Assembly: GCA_038087875.1 (NCBI GenBank)
Contig: CM075991.1
Span: 3,224,001 to 3,288,000, forward strand
From: Malacoraja senta
Taxonomy: Eukaryota
Reading direction: 5' to 3'
Length of the DNA: 64,000 nt
The notes beneath the pieces were generated by a model. The model did not search any database and was not told the origin of the DNA. It was given only the letters and a program-made list of their open reading frames with translations. Of this stretch, positions 1 to 12,889 are shown piece by piece; within the stretch, counting starts at the first letter, position 1; each line of letters starts with the position of its first letter. The translations under genes were made by a program, and so were the position numbers.

Positions 1-96
1 ATTGAGATTAAGAATTGTTTAAGTTTCTTGTTTACTGAGACCAAACTTCATCCTCTTAGGCTATGACTTGGCCCTGGAGTTTTTATTACCACCATT

Positions 97-666
97 TTAG
101 CTTTTTTCAGACTTGTGCTGATCACGATCTACTATCGGACTAGATGTCCTAGGGATAGGTGAAGCTGAATCAAGACGAGGTACGATGTCAGAGTCTGCAG
201 ATATGTTGAGATATTCTAAGCTGTTTGCCAAATTAATGCTTGCCTGGCTAAAAAATGAAGAGTCAAAATTGGGGAGTCCACAGTTGCAGCACACCCATGA
301 GTACGACGGATGCTCGACATGCACATTATAAATGTGTTCATTCATGCCAGTACAGTTTCTGTGAAACCATGAGTCACATCCCTCACATTCAATTGCCTGT
401 TGACCATACTTTGCTGCCTTGTTGCATACCATGCACGGGTATTTGGGTTGGTAAGGGCCGGGATTCAATGCTACTTCTCCAACGAGCATGATAATTAAGA
501 AAGTATAAGTCATTGGTCTTAAATTAATTTTAGTCAGGATCCTCCCTTCCATTGCTGTAGATCTACAAGATGACTGAATAAGAAATTGGAACAAACTCAC
601 CCAGTCTTCGAAGGTGTTTTCTAGAAGTAAAGGTATAGTCCAGTGCACAGGAAAAGACTGTTCCAA
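97..666 (-). pseudogene. N-terminus of an APE-type non-LTR retrotransposon ORF: hydrophobic stretch, 2A-like motif, PHD finger; runs off the window start toward the APE domain
   Basis: LIIMLVGEVALNPG/P (motif at nt 454-480) is followed by a C4-H-C3 PHD finger (CMVC..CEGC..HRNC..WVCCNC). Reading on through stops, the frame ends ...TILNLN at nt 1-18, which resembles the first APE strand. Confidence 0.75.
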
Positions 667-919
667 TATTTCCAGTAGTGGGTTGTTAGTGATTCTATTC
701 AGAATCAGTAATGTGGTTGCAATTCATGATGTTTTAGTAGCTCAAACTGTACATGTGCCATGTTGCCATTTGTTGGGTTTCAGTGGTTGAATATCCAAGT
801 CCCAATGTAGTGTTAAAAATACATACAACGACGATAATTTACAAGATAGTAATACCTAACAGTCCACAATAAAATGCTAATGTAATTGTACTATTTTCAC
901 GAAATACTGTAAAATTCTA

Positions 920-1140
920 TTCTGACTACGAGTGCTGTTCGTACGGAGTTTGCACGTTCTTCCTGTGACCACATGTTTTTTATCCGGGTGTTCCGGTATT
1001 CTCAAACATTCCAAACACGTACAGGTTTGTCGGTTAATTAGCTTCTGTAAATTGTCCCGACTATGTAGGATAGAGATAGTCGTCGCTGGTTGTCACGGAC
1101 TCATTGGACATAAGGGCCTATTTCCATGCTGTTTCTAGAG
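920..1140 (+). mobile_element. HE1/V-SINE-like fragment
   Basis: GTACGGAGTTTGCACGTTCT..CCAAACACGTACAGGTTTG resembles the intact SINE at 14785-15100. Confidence 0.65.
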
Positions 1141-2018
1141 ATACAGTTACATCTCTGGTTTTGAGATACAGAGATACAGAGAGAACTCAGAGAGAAGTAG
1201 GTGCATTTTAATGTGTTTTATTGGGAATCCGATTGCTACTGGTTAGGGCAGCATTTATTGCCTGTCCGTAATCGTCTGAGAAAAGGTGGAGTTAAAACAT
1301 CCTCTTGAGCCGCTGTATTTTGGGTGGCAGTGTTGCACCATTTGCTGCAGTGTTTCGTTTAGATTAGTTTACAGATATAACTGGCCCTTCAGCCCACCAA
1401 GTCCACACCGACGTTGCTGAGGGAGAGGTCCCACTCCGCAGTAAGGTGAGGATCGTTGGATACTTTAGTGTGAACTTCACACTGTCCCAGTCCTGTTCTT
1501 TTCTATGTATTTTTATAGATTCAGCTTTTTGTGTCTATCTTTGGGTTAAACCAGCATCTGCATTTCCTTCCTACACTGTCTTTTCTATGTTCTATGTACT
1601 GAAGGAAGATGTCAGAAAGCTCGCAGGGTGCTGGTTACTCTTCAGATTGTACATATCCTCTCGGCCTTTTAGCAAAGAACAATTATAGTATCTGTTCTGA
1701 TCAGTGAGCTGAGTCAGAGGTGGATCCATGCTGATTGGGGGACTTCATGATGTCCTTACATAAATAAAATGCTTCATACAGAATACACTCTCCCATGGAC
1801 TGAAAAACAGAATATGAAAATCTATTAAGGAAACTGTCATGCTCTGCAAACATTAGCAGCTCACAGCATTCTCTGTTTCAGTTTCTCAGTGAAGTCTTTT
1901 TAAGTTCTACTTCAGATGTTTGCTGTACATTTTAGCATTTCATAAACCTGGTTTTCAAAGTATGTATATGATAATCCAGCACAAAATCAATAATTTGGCA
2001 TATTGTAAAAATTAGTGA

Positions 2019-2112
2019 GTCTGGGACTCGACCCGAAACATCACCCATTCCTTCTCTCCAGAGATGCTGCCTGTCCCGCTGTTTTATTCCAGGTTTTTGT
2101 GTCTATCTTCGT
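2019..2112 (+). mobile_element. Penelope-like pLTR fragment with partial hammerhead (GACCCGAAACATC)
   Basis: Similar to 10450-10530; the CUGANGA box is lost. Confidence 0.6.
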
Positions 2113-2199
2113 AATAATTAGAGAATCAGTTGTTTGTATAATTTAATTTTGGTGTCAAAAATTGCAGCTGCTTCTTATTCGGTTGGTGGGCTGAGGAAT

Positions 2200-3740
2200 G
2201 ATTGATGGAATTTAATACAGAGAAATGTGAGATGCTGCACTTTGGGAGCACTAATGGGCAAAACCTACATGTTCAACGGTAGGGTTCTGGGGAGTATTGC
2301 AGAGCTGATGAGTTTAGGAAGGCTAATTTTTTCACGCTAAGGGTGGTGGGGGTATAGAATAAGGTGCTAGAGGAGGTAGCTGAGTCAGGTACTATTGCAA
2401 CGTTTAAGAAACATTTAGACAGGTACATAGAAATATAGAAACATAGAAAATAGGTGCAGGAGGAGGCCATTCGGCCCTTCGAGCCAGCACCGCCATTCAT
2501 TGTGATCATGGCTGATCGTCCCCTATCTATAACCCGTGCCTGCCTTCTCCCCATATCCCTTGATTCCACTACCCCCTAGAGCTCTATCCAACTCTCTCTT
2601 AAATCCGTCCAGTGACTTGGCCTCCACTGCCCTCTGTGGCAGGGCATTCCATAAATTCACAACTCTCTGGGTGAAAAAGTTTTTTCTCACCTCAGTCTTA
2701 AATGACCTCCTCTTTATTCTAAGACTGTGGCCCGTAGTTCTGGACTCGCCCAACCTTGGGAACATTTTTCCTGCGTCTAGCGTGTCCAGACTTTTATAAT
2801 TTTATATGTTTCTATAAGATAACCCCTCATCCTTCTAAACTCCAGTGAATACAAGCCTAGTCTTTTCAATCTTTCCTCATATGACAGTCCCGCCATCCCA
2901 AGGCTCAATCTCGTGAACCTACGCTGCACTGCCTCAATCACAAGGATGTGCTTCCTCAAATTAGGAGACCAAACTGTACATAATACTCCAGATTTGGTTT
3001 CACCGGAGCCCTATACAACTGCAGAAGCACCTCTTTACTCTAATACTGAAATCCTCTTGGTATGAAGGCCAACATTCCATTAGCTTTCTTCACTGCCTGC
3101 TGTACCTGTAAGCCAACTTTCAGTGACTGGTGTACAAGGACGCCCAGGTCTCGCTGCACCTCCCTCTTACCTACCCTAACCCCATTGAGATAATAATCTG
3201 CCCCCTTGTTTTTGCCGCCAAAGTGGATAACCTCACATTTATCTATATTATACTGCATCTGCCACGCATCTGCCCACTCACTGAACCTGTCCAGAACACC
3301 CTGCAACCTCCTAACATCCTCTTCACAGTTTACATTGCCACCCAGCTTTGTGTCATCCGCAAACTTGCTAGTGTTGCTCCTAATTCCCTCTTCCAAATCA
3401 TTAATATATATGGTAAACAGTTGCGGCCCCAACACCGAGCCTTGCGGCACTCCACTCGCCACTGCCTGCCATTCTGAAAAGGACCCGTTCACTCCTACTC
3501 TTTGCTTCCGGTCTGCCAACCAATTTTCTATCCATGTCAACACCCGACCCCCAATACCATGTGCTCTAATTTTAGTCACCATTCTCCTGTGTGAGAGCTT
3601 ATCAAAGGTACATGGATAGGATAGGTTATATGGGCCATATGCAGGCAAGTGGGAGTAGTGTAGATGGGACATGTTTGCCGGTGTGGGAAAGCAGGGATGA
3701 AGGGCCTGTTTCCACGCTGCATGATCCTATGACTAGTCCA
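2200..3740 (+). mobile_element. Old CR1 3' remnant, split by a younger CR1 (pieces ~2200-2428 and 3606-3740)
   Basis: FNTEKCEMLHFG motif at ~2210; the sequence resumes after a duplicated AGGTACAT. Confidence 0.6.
2429..3605 (-). mobile_element. 5'-truncated CR1 LINE
   Basis: RT motifs [11 protein letters not shown] and FADD, (TTTCTATG)n-type tail, 8-bp TSD AGGTACAT at 2421-2428 and 3606-3613. Confidence 0.95.
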
Positions 3741-4549
3741 TATAACGAGCTCCTGGAGGCATACCTAGGCAGCAGTCCTGGCTTGCCATCTGTGGAACCG
3801 GGGGCGCCCACCTGGAGTGGGTCCCAGGCTAGTCGTCTCCTTCTTGTACTAGAGGACCAGTAACTGGAGGGTGGAGAGAGCCAGCGATGGCAGTGGCCGC
3901 TGGAACAAAGGGACGGGAAAAGAACCTGGGGTCTTATCTACTTGCCCTCAAGGCCGGCTGTGGGAGCCCCCCACCCCCCCCCCCCCAACCCTCCAACCCT
4001 CAACCCTCACCCCTCCCCCTCCGGGCATGAAGGCACGAAGACTGAATACAGGAGGAGAGAATGACAGTTCGCTGATGATCCGGATGGAGGCGACGGCTAC
4101 AACGGGCCTTTACAATTGAACTGACACAATGCTCAATTTACCCCTTCGGGAATGGCCAGGCCATTCATTACTCATCCCATCAGGAATAATGGTGGGATCT
4201 CACAAACCCACTCAATCATGCTTCCAACGGGAAACTAATTTATATGCAAGTCTTATAATTTTGAAAACTTATGGAAATCTTCAATATACTGTCCCTTCAA
4301 TATATCTGAAACATCAGGATTTCCAAAAAGGTAACAAATATCCAATGAGGGGAGATGAAATTGCTGTCTGATGCAGTAGCACCATCAAATAAAGTGAACT
4401 TCACACCATCTCCCAAGAATGGACATGTAGAAAAAAATTACATTGGAAATGTTTGGCCAAGTGAGGGACAAGGATGAAAGGGGTAAACATAATACATCTA
4501 GAAAATAATTTTTAACATTTGGCTCCAGAGAATATTGATGAACAAAAGA

Positions 4550-6557
4550 GGGACGACGCAGATTGGAGAATAGTGAAGTCCTTCTTTGACTCCCCAATAC
4601 ACTGGTGGGAAGCTACCTTGGAGAGCATTCGAGGTTCTTCATCCTCAAAGATGTTCAGAAAGCAAGAGAGGGTCAACGGGAATTGTACCAATTCCTGACA
4701 GACTTGCAGTATCTCATACTTTTGCATTTGAGAGGGACGAATGTGAGGGCGGAACTCCCAGAGGTGAAGTGCCAGCAGAGTTCCCAAGATCATGTTCTCA
4801 TCCAGAGTCTGCTCCATGGAGCAGGATGAGTCGCGCTCATGCTTCTCCTTGACAAAGGCTCACAAGAGTTCTGTGATCCACAGCTTTAAAAAAGTGACAG
4901 CTCGGTAACATTGTCACATACAAACACATTGAGGATCTGTAGATCCTTCTATACTGGTCTGTAAGTCAGAAAGACATAGACAGTACAGATTCCCCGAACG
5001 CCCTGAATATGGAGATCTTGGAGGACAGTAAGCTGAAGATTCTGGACCAACTAATGATCCTGGTGGATCTGACTGGCTCCACACATTCCTTTGATTTGTA
5101 TAAAATTCACGGAAGTGATGGTTTGCCGTCTGAGTTGTACTTGGCTCTGTGTGACTCGTTGGGCCAGGCCTGCTGGAAGTGTACAATGCTATGATTCAGT
5201 ATCTCAGACTCCTTGAGGAAGGGCATCATCATCCCCATATCCAAGCAGAATGGGGAGGAGGAGGATATTTGAATATCGGGGGTGTCTCTCGGTTCATCTA
5301 GGGATCAAAGATGGAACGGGTCAAAACGGGTCACGGTGCAGGTCCACAGACAAAGGTGGCAAAAGTGTATTCAACATCGCCCTCATCCTGAGGCCTACCT
5401 ACCTTCATGTGTGGCTGCATCAGGCTGTGCATAAAGCCAAAGCGTGTGAGCCCCTAGGGTCATTACCTTTTGAAGCGCTACCTGTACAGTGTTGGGAAGG
5501 TTGGCCTGGCACTGATGCCGTGCAACATGTCGGTCAGCTGTCCATTGCCGTACCACTTGTCTTTGTGGACCAGGTCCTACAGATTAACACATTTGACAAG
5601 TCCATTCGGCAGTGGTCAGCACGGAACATCCTGTAGGCACTGCAACACAAGGACTTGATGGGTCCTGTGGCATAGTTCCCTGTACAGACTGCCCAACTTG
5701 TTTGGCAAGAACTCACCAGAACTCACCAATAAACGCCAGAACCTTCCCTTGCTGATGGTGAGAAGGACCTTCCAAGTCAGATCCTTCCTGTACCATCCGA
5801 GTCTGTCAAAAGATGCATGTTGCTGCTGGGATGGCTGCTACAGGGAGGATACGGTGATAAGGTCATGTGATATAAGCAGAATTAGGCCATTCAGCCTATC
5901 ATGTCTATTCCACCATTCACTCATGGCGGCTCTATCGCTTTCTCCGAACCACATTCTCCTGCGTTCTCCCCATAACCTCTGACACCGAATATAAATTTAA
6001 CAGTTGCCCACCTCTCTGCAGAGTGTGGAATTACAAAAAGGCACTGGAGACAATTCATTGTCATGGTTCATCCCAACAGCTCCGTAACAGAGGACTATCT
6101 GATTTACGGGTTGTTCCCACGGACACGTTGATGGTCGCAGACAGACATCAAATGCTTCTGGAAGAAACATCAACATGATCAAAGATACTTATTCTTCCTC
6201 CCAAAACCTGTTGGTCTCCCAGAATAGCCTGATGTCCATCAGGGAATGTTGCCGATGGCCCATTCCAGACTATACAGGTATGTGCTGAATGAGGGATGCA
6301 CTGAAGCTTGGTATAGCCAACACCACGGGTCTATGAGGGAGGACCATAGACTAGGGTCCTTCTACTTCTGGACATGAAGGCCAGTCCAGTGGAGATGCCT
6401 CTCAAACAAGGGAAGGTGTATCACCCTTGGTGGCAACATGAGTGGCAAGGGTGTTTTGTTTAAAAATAGATGTGAGACAATGAGAATGTATGGAGAGTTC
6501 TTGCAGTTTTTATTTTGTATATACTTTTATTATAAATAAAGTTTATTTGTGGAAAAC
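4550..6557 (+). mobile_element. Decayed Tx1/L1-clade LINE ORF2 remnant with internal deletions
   Basis: Broken frames read WWEA..FFILK.VQKARE.QRE, GSDGLPSELYLAL, RKGII and FDKSIRQWSARNIL. It ends in an AT-rich AATAAAGTTTATTT..AAAA tail. A CR1 tail is inserted at ~5860-5990. Confidence 0.75.
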
Positions 6558-7189
6558 ATCTATTAATCATATACTTTATGTTAATTTTGAAATACATTTT
6601 TTTTAAAGAATCCTAATAATGTAAATATTAGATATCTTAAATAATTCTGCTCCCGTCATTATTTGAAGACATGCATTTTCCTCTTCATTCTCCTTAGTTC
6701 CTCACTATTTCTTCGTCCTGATGGACACGTGGCAACGTGTCGTCTCTCCAGAGTCCCAAGAACTGAATTGTGACCAGTAGCAGCGTAATATAAGTGTTCC
6801 AATGCAATTTTTGTGTATCTTCACTTTCTGCAGATGCGTTGTTTGTTGTATTTTGATTACGGTAACATGTTTCCTGCACTTCTTTCCTGCACTCCTGCAC
6901 TGATCTATCTCCAGTTTGTACAGGAATTCATGCTCCTTTATTCTGTCTTGGTTCTCCTCACTCTCCACTTCATCACTCAGGAGGTGGGGGTGGTACATGT
7001 GATCATTAAAACACGCAGGTTGAAAAACTGCAGCACAGTTGGCGTCCTCTGAACAACAGCCAGACAAGATATTCAGAAGGTGCACGTGTAATTAAAGTAG
7101 AAACTACATTTGTACATCTATCAGATACTCATCTTCCAACCTTTTAATAGTATGTGTAGGTGCCTTCCTGGTCTACAATTGTCCTCAGA

Positions 7190-7600
7190 CTCTTCCCAGC
7201 AGGCAGCGGAGACGCCGAGGATGGAGCCTCGAGAAACAGAGCCCGCGGCCGAGAGAGTTGAGGAGCCTGCAGCTGAGACCTGGGTCAGCGCCATGGAGGC
7301 GTCCGGAGATTACCTGGCAGCAATAGTGGAGAGGTCGGTAGATGGTGCCGACTGAGGATCGAGGATGGATCATGTGAGAGTGAAGACACCGTTGCCGGAG
7401 GAAGGACAAAGGAGGACTCGGCGTGGGAGGACCGCCGGGAGGGATGGGGTAAAGAACAATGGAGGACCCAGCGTGGAGGGACCTGGTGCGAGGTAGGGGG
7501 GATGGGGAGAACAACGGGGGACCTTTGTTTTGTATACTTTGTAGCTTTGTAAGCGCCCTTTATGTGGCGACTAGTTGCATATCTAGTTGCCATTCATTCA
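7190..7600 (+). repeat. GC-rich interspersed repeat, unclassified; related piece at ~9210-9460
   Basis: Both regions have recurring AACAA(A/T)GGAGGAC..GGCGTGG subunits. Confidence 0.35.
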
Positions 7601-7889
7601 GATATGTTTCACTGGAGGTGGCAAGTGAATAGCAATTAATGAGATCAGGACACAGACAATCAGTGTAACAACATGAATTACCAGTGCAGAAACCATTTAG
7701 AAATGTATTTAGATTTCATGGAAACTTTGTCATCTATTTAAAGATAATTTTTAAAAATCATAGATGGCATGTCCCTGATGCATTATGATTAGTTAGTCCC
7801 AAGTTTGGACTTTAAAAATCTATATTACCATCAGCAAGAAAAGACGAAGGACACTAAAGCCAGTGGGCAAGCATTGACAGAGTGCTAAT

Positions 7890-9000
7890 GATCATTAATC
7901 AGAATAAAGACACAGCAGCAATAAAATGAAAAGCAGGTTGAAATGGATAGAGGTTGGCTGGATGGCAGAAGGCAAAAAGTAGCAATAAAGAGGGATTTTC
8001 TGGTTGGCTGCGAGTGACCAGCGGAGTTCCGCAGGGGTCCTTGCTGTTGCCCCTACTCTTCGCATTGCAGATCAATGATTTGGATGAGGGGATTGAAGTA
8101 TTTGTGGCCAAGTTTGCAGATTGTGTGAAGATAGGTGGAGGGGCAGGTAGTGTAGAGAAAGCATGGACCCAGTCAAAGAACTCGGGACAGGTTGGGAAAG
8201 TGGGCAGACAAATGGAAGATGGAATACAGCATAGCAAAGTGTGGAATCATGCATTTTGGTAGTAGGAATAAAGGCATAGACTATTTCCTAAATGGGGAGA
8301 GAATTCAGAAATCGGTGGTGCAAAGGGAATGGTAGTGCTGGTACAGAATTCACAAAAAGTTCATTTCCAAGACGAATCGGTAGTAAGGAAGGCAACGCAA
8401 TACTAGCATTTATTATAAGAGGACTAGAATACAAAACAGGGATGTAATGCTGAGGCTCTATAAGGCGCCAGTCAGACCGCATTTGCAGAATTGTGAGCAA
8501 TTTTGGGCCCCATATCTGAGGAAGGATACGCTGCTGCTGAAAATGGCCCAGAGATTTACGAGAATGATCCCTGAAATGACAGGGTTAACATATGATGAGC
8601 GTTTGACAGCACTAGGCCTCTACTCACTGGAGTTTAGAAGGATGAGGGGACACCTCATTAAAAACTACTGAACAGTGAAAGGCCTGGATCGAGTGGATGT
8701 GGAGAGAATGTTTCTGGTCATAGCCTCCGAATTAAAGAAAGTTCCTTCAGGAAGGAGATGAGGAATTTATTTCATCAGAGTGTGGTGAATCTGTGGAATT
8801 CATTGCCACAGAAGGCTGTGGGGGCCAAATCAATGTATATTTTTAAGGGCAAGACTGGTAGATTCTTGGTTAGTACATGTGTTAATGGTTATGGGGAGAA
8901 GGCAGGAGAATGAGATCATGTGGGCAAAATAGTTGAACCTTTATTGAATGGCAGTAAACTTGATGGGCCCTATGGCTTTATTCTGGTTCTATCACTCATG
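7890..9000 (+). mobile_element. Decayed 5'-truncated CR1
   Basis: SGVPQGS, KFAD and LGLYSLEFRRMRG motifs plus a CR1 3' UTR. Confidence 0.9.
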
Positions 9001-10187
9001 AATATCAAAGGAAATGAGTCCCTGAGATTCAATCTTGCATTTTACCACTGTATTCACATTTATCACTCACCCGAGGTCCATTTAAATTAAAGGTTTAAAT
9101 GTCAGGTAAAAAGAGCAATTGAAGGTAAAACGTGGAATATTCCTCTTTGAACCTACCATCGGCTATTAAAGGAAGTCAAGAAAGCCACTCACTCTTATCA
9201 ACACGTTACACGGATGAGGACTTGCTCGCCGCGGACTGACTATGGAGGACCCTCTCGAGAGATGCAGCTCGCCCACCGCAGACTCCAAATCTGTCCCGTG
9301 CCGGAGCGAGAAAGGACTGAGAACAAGGGAATGAGGGGACCCGGTGGAGGACCGCCTAGAACAGTAGGCAGACCAGGCATGGGGCCGTCGAGAACAAAGG
9401 AGGAACTAACGGGCAGGGAATGGGTGTTGCCGCAGTGGCAAGCAGTAGACGACTCTTATATATAGTGGGTTCTACAAAAGAGAGGACAAAGCTTGACCTA
9501 CTATGAGGAAATTGTGAAAGGCAAGTGACTGAAGTGTCTGTGAGCGAGACCATTGAGCACTCTTTTATTTGCTTTGAGATAGTTGCAGATAAAACATGGT
9601 GGGCCCACAAGTTTAACATTTTGAATTGGGAAAAGATCAAATTTGATTGTATCAAACAGTAATTTGCTGAAGTTGACTGAAATAGGTTGTTTGTGGGCAA
9701 ATGGACGTACAGAAAAGTGTGATGAGTTCACGGCATGCATATTCCTGCTTGAGTGAAGCACAAGTGGGGGTAAGGATGCCTGGATGATGGGAGAAATTGA
9801 GGATCTGTTCAGGAAATAAAGAGCATACTTAAGAAGGAATGTCAGGAGATCAAAATGGGGGCATGAGTTAGCTCTGGCAGATAATATTATGAAATATCCA
9901 AATAGATTTTATGTACATTAAGGGGTAGAAGGTGACTTGAAAGAAAATAGAGGATTGTCACAAACCAAAACAACCATCTCTGTGTTGGGCAACTTGGGAC
10001 AGTTAATGGAGATATCTTGTGGACAATCCATATGTTACATCTTCTGGGCCTCATCCGATATAACCATGGACACTGTGGGAAGCCTGAGCACAAATTGCAG
10101 GAACCCTGGCTGATATATATGAATCATCATTAGACACAGGCGAGGTGCTGAGAGACTGCAGGGTGACTCATGTTGTGCCTTTCTTTA

Positions 10188-10562
10188 CAAGCTTGCAACA
10201 CAGCTGTATGAATATCGACTGCTCTAAATTCAAGTAACATTTGCTTTCCCTCCCTCTCCACCCTCCCCCTTCCCAGTTCTCTGACCAGTCCGAATGTCCC
10301 CTTGATTAGATGTTATCTTGTCACCTTCCCCGAGCTAACAATGACCTATTCTACATTTTCCTTGAACTGCATCCTCTTTGATGTCTTGTTTTCACTAGTT
10401 ACCCTTTTATATCTCTGTGTCTCCCTCTCCCTGTCCCATTCTGAAGAATGGTCTGGACCCGAAACATCACCCATTCCTATCCAGAGATGTTGCCTGTCCC
10501 GCTGAGTTACTCCAGCATTTGTTTCTATATTCAGTGTAAACCAGCAGTTCCTTCCTACACAT
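10188..10562 (+). mobile_element. Penelope-like element 3' end / pLTR
   Basis: SLQHSCMNIDCSKFK* resembles the LQP.GMNI.FS.F C-terminus of PLE GIY-YIG proteins. It is followed by a C-rich tract, a hammerhead motif and GCTGAGTTACTCCAGCA. Confidence 0.8.
10441..10468 (+). ncRNA. Decayed minimal hammerhead ribozyme of a Penelope pLTR
   Basis: CUGAAGA-A-UGGUC-UG-GACCC-GAAAC-AUC. Stem II and the ACGU palindrome each carry a substitution. Confidence 0.55.
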
Positions 10563-10995
10563 TGTATCTGCATTTGGATAGATAAGGTCTAATTAGGAAT
10601 AGTCAGCAATGATTGTTTTTTCCTGAAAGGGAGATCTTACCTGATGAACCAATTGGAAATCTTTGAGGCAGTACATAGCAGGATATACAAAGGAGAGTCA
10701 GTGGATGTGGTTTATCTGGATATTCAGGAGGCCTTTGATAAGATGTCAAACGTGAGGCTGCCAAAACGATGAGAGCCCATGGTATCAGAGGAAAGATACT
10801 AACATGGATAGCAGGTTGGTTGGATGGCAGAAAGCAGAGAGTGGCGATAAAGGAGACTTTTTCTGGTTGGCTTCCAGTGAACAGCAGTGTTCCGCAGGAG
10901 TCGGTGCTGATGCGCCTACTCTTCGCAGTGTATATAAATGATTTGGATGAGCGAATTGAAGGCTTGTTGGCCAATTTTGTAGATGATGCGAAGAT

Positions 10996-11460
10996 TACAA
11001 TATTACAATACAATATTACAATATTTATTCAATGTCATTTGAACCTCAGTGAGGCTCAAACGAAACTATGTTTCTACAGCCATACAAACAAAACAATTCC
11101 TACAAGACACACAAACATCCATCACAGTGAATCTCCTCCTCACTGTGATGGAAGACAAAGTCTTTTCTCTTCCCTGTGCACAATTTTTCTCCCGATGTGA
11201 AGCCCCAGGCAGGCGATGGTAAGTCCCACGGCCATTCAGGCCGCGCCGGGCGATGTCCGGCCCCGCTCCAGGTCTAAATGTCACAAAGTTGGAGCCCCCG
11301 GCGGGTGTTGGAATGTCCCGCGGCCATTAAAGGCGCGCTGGGCGATGTACGGCCCCGCTCCGGGTCGTTCCAACCCCGGGACATGGGCTGGAGAAGTTGC
11401 ATTGTGGGAGTTCCGAAAAGCGGTCTCCCACCCGGACCCGCGAGTTCCCGATATCACAGT
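10996..11460 (-). mobile_element. Non-autonomous retroelement with GC-rich body and Rex1/Babar-like 3' tail
   Basis: Minus strand reads TTTCGT-hairpin-ATGACA..AATAAA, then (TATTGTAA)-type repeats. It interrupts a CR1 and shares a CACAGTGA..TCACTGTG hairpin with 19040-19739. Confidence 0.55.
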
Positions 11461-12494
11461 CCGGAAATCGGAGGTGCAAAGGGGCGATGAGTGCTGTTGC
11501 AGGATTCCCAAATATTGAATTTGCAAGTTGAATCGGTAGTAAGGAAGGCGAATGCAATGCTAGCATATATTTCTAGATGGATACAATATAAAAACTGGGA
11601 TGTAATGCTGAAGCTTTATAACCCACTGGTCAAACTGCATTTGGAGTATTCTGAGCAATTTTGGGCCCCATATCTGAGGAAGGATGTGCTGGCATTGGAG
11701 AGGGACCAGAGGAGGTTTTTGACAATGATCCCAGAAATGATTGGGTTAATATATAATGAGCATTTGAAGGCACTGTGCCTGTACTCGCTCGAGTTTGGAT
11801 GGATGAAGGGGGACCTCTTTGAAACTAACGGAATATTGAAAGGCCTGGATAGAGTGAATGTGGAGGATGTTTCCACTAGGGGGAGTGTCTAGGACCAGAG
11901 GCCAAAGCCTTAGAATAAAAGGGTAAACATTAAGAAAGGAGATGAGATGGAATTTAATTTTGGCAGAGGCTGGTGAATCTCTAGAATTCATTGCCACAGA
12001 CAGCAGTGGAGGCCAAGTTAATGGATATGTTTAAAGTGGCGGTTGACAGATTCTTGATTAGTAAGTGTGCCAGGAGTTATGGGGCAAAGGTAGGAGAATA
12101 GCTTTGAAAGGAAAAGTTAGATCAGTCATGATTGAATGGTGGAGTAGACCTGATGGGCTGAATGGGCTTATTCTGCTCCTGGAATTTATGAATTTATGAT
12201 TTTGTACATGGGAGATCATCAATTACAAACCTGATTGAGTTTTTTTAATAAAGTGACTAAAAAGCTTGTCCAGGGCAAATCTGTAGTTGTGGTCTGTTTT
12301 TGTGCTGTATGACTCAACCAGTATCCAAAATGGTTTACATACTTTCAATCAAATGGCCACGGAAGATTCCTGACCTCTCTGTCAACTCCCTTTACCTTTC
12401 CTGGTGGCTTCCCAGCTACTTTTTGCCTGCAGCTTCGGAAAGACCGCTGCTAAAACTCCTATCTCTGATGCCCTTAACATTCCGGATTAACCCG

Positions 12495-12830
12495 AGTCCC
12501 CTAATTTGAGGAAGGACATTCTTGCTATTGAGGGAGTGCAGCGTAGGTTTACAAGGTTAATTCCCGGGATGGCGACTGTCATATGCTGAGAGAATGGCGC
12601 GGCTGGGCTTGTACACTCTGCAGTTTAGAAGGATAAGAGGCGATCTTATTGAACCATATAAGATTATTAAGGGATTGGACATGCTAGAGGCAGGAAACAT
12701 GTTCCCGATGATGGGGGAGTCCAGAAGGCAGGAACGGGGTATTGATTGTGGATGATCAGCCATGATCACATTAAATGGCAGTGCTGGCTCGAAGGGCCGA
12801 ATGGCTTACTCCTGCACCTATTGTCTATTG
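12495..12830 (+). mobile_element. CR1 3' fragment with internal deletion
   Basis: PNLRKDILAIEGVQRRFTRLIPG and a CR1 3' UTR. Confidence 0.85.
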
Positions 12831-12889
12831 AGTGCATCCAGATCCAGTTCCTTCATGCAGCTGGACATACTTCACACAGGTGTAGTCAC

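Larger units (their letters stand above)
9470..12200 (+). mobile_element. Decayed CR1, interrupted by a Penelope fragment and a non-autonomous element
   Basis: RT fragments (AHGIRGKILTWI, FVDD, LYSLEF) and a CR1 3' UTR near 12100-12200. Confidence 0.85.

Noticed and set aside
6705..7085. Prion-like or GPI-anchored protein (VF..CFN..C plus a hydrophobic tail)
   Set aside because: The resemblance rests on a few residues and requires a frameshift.
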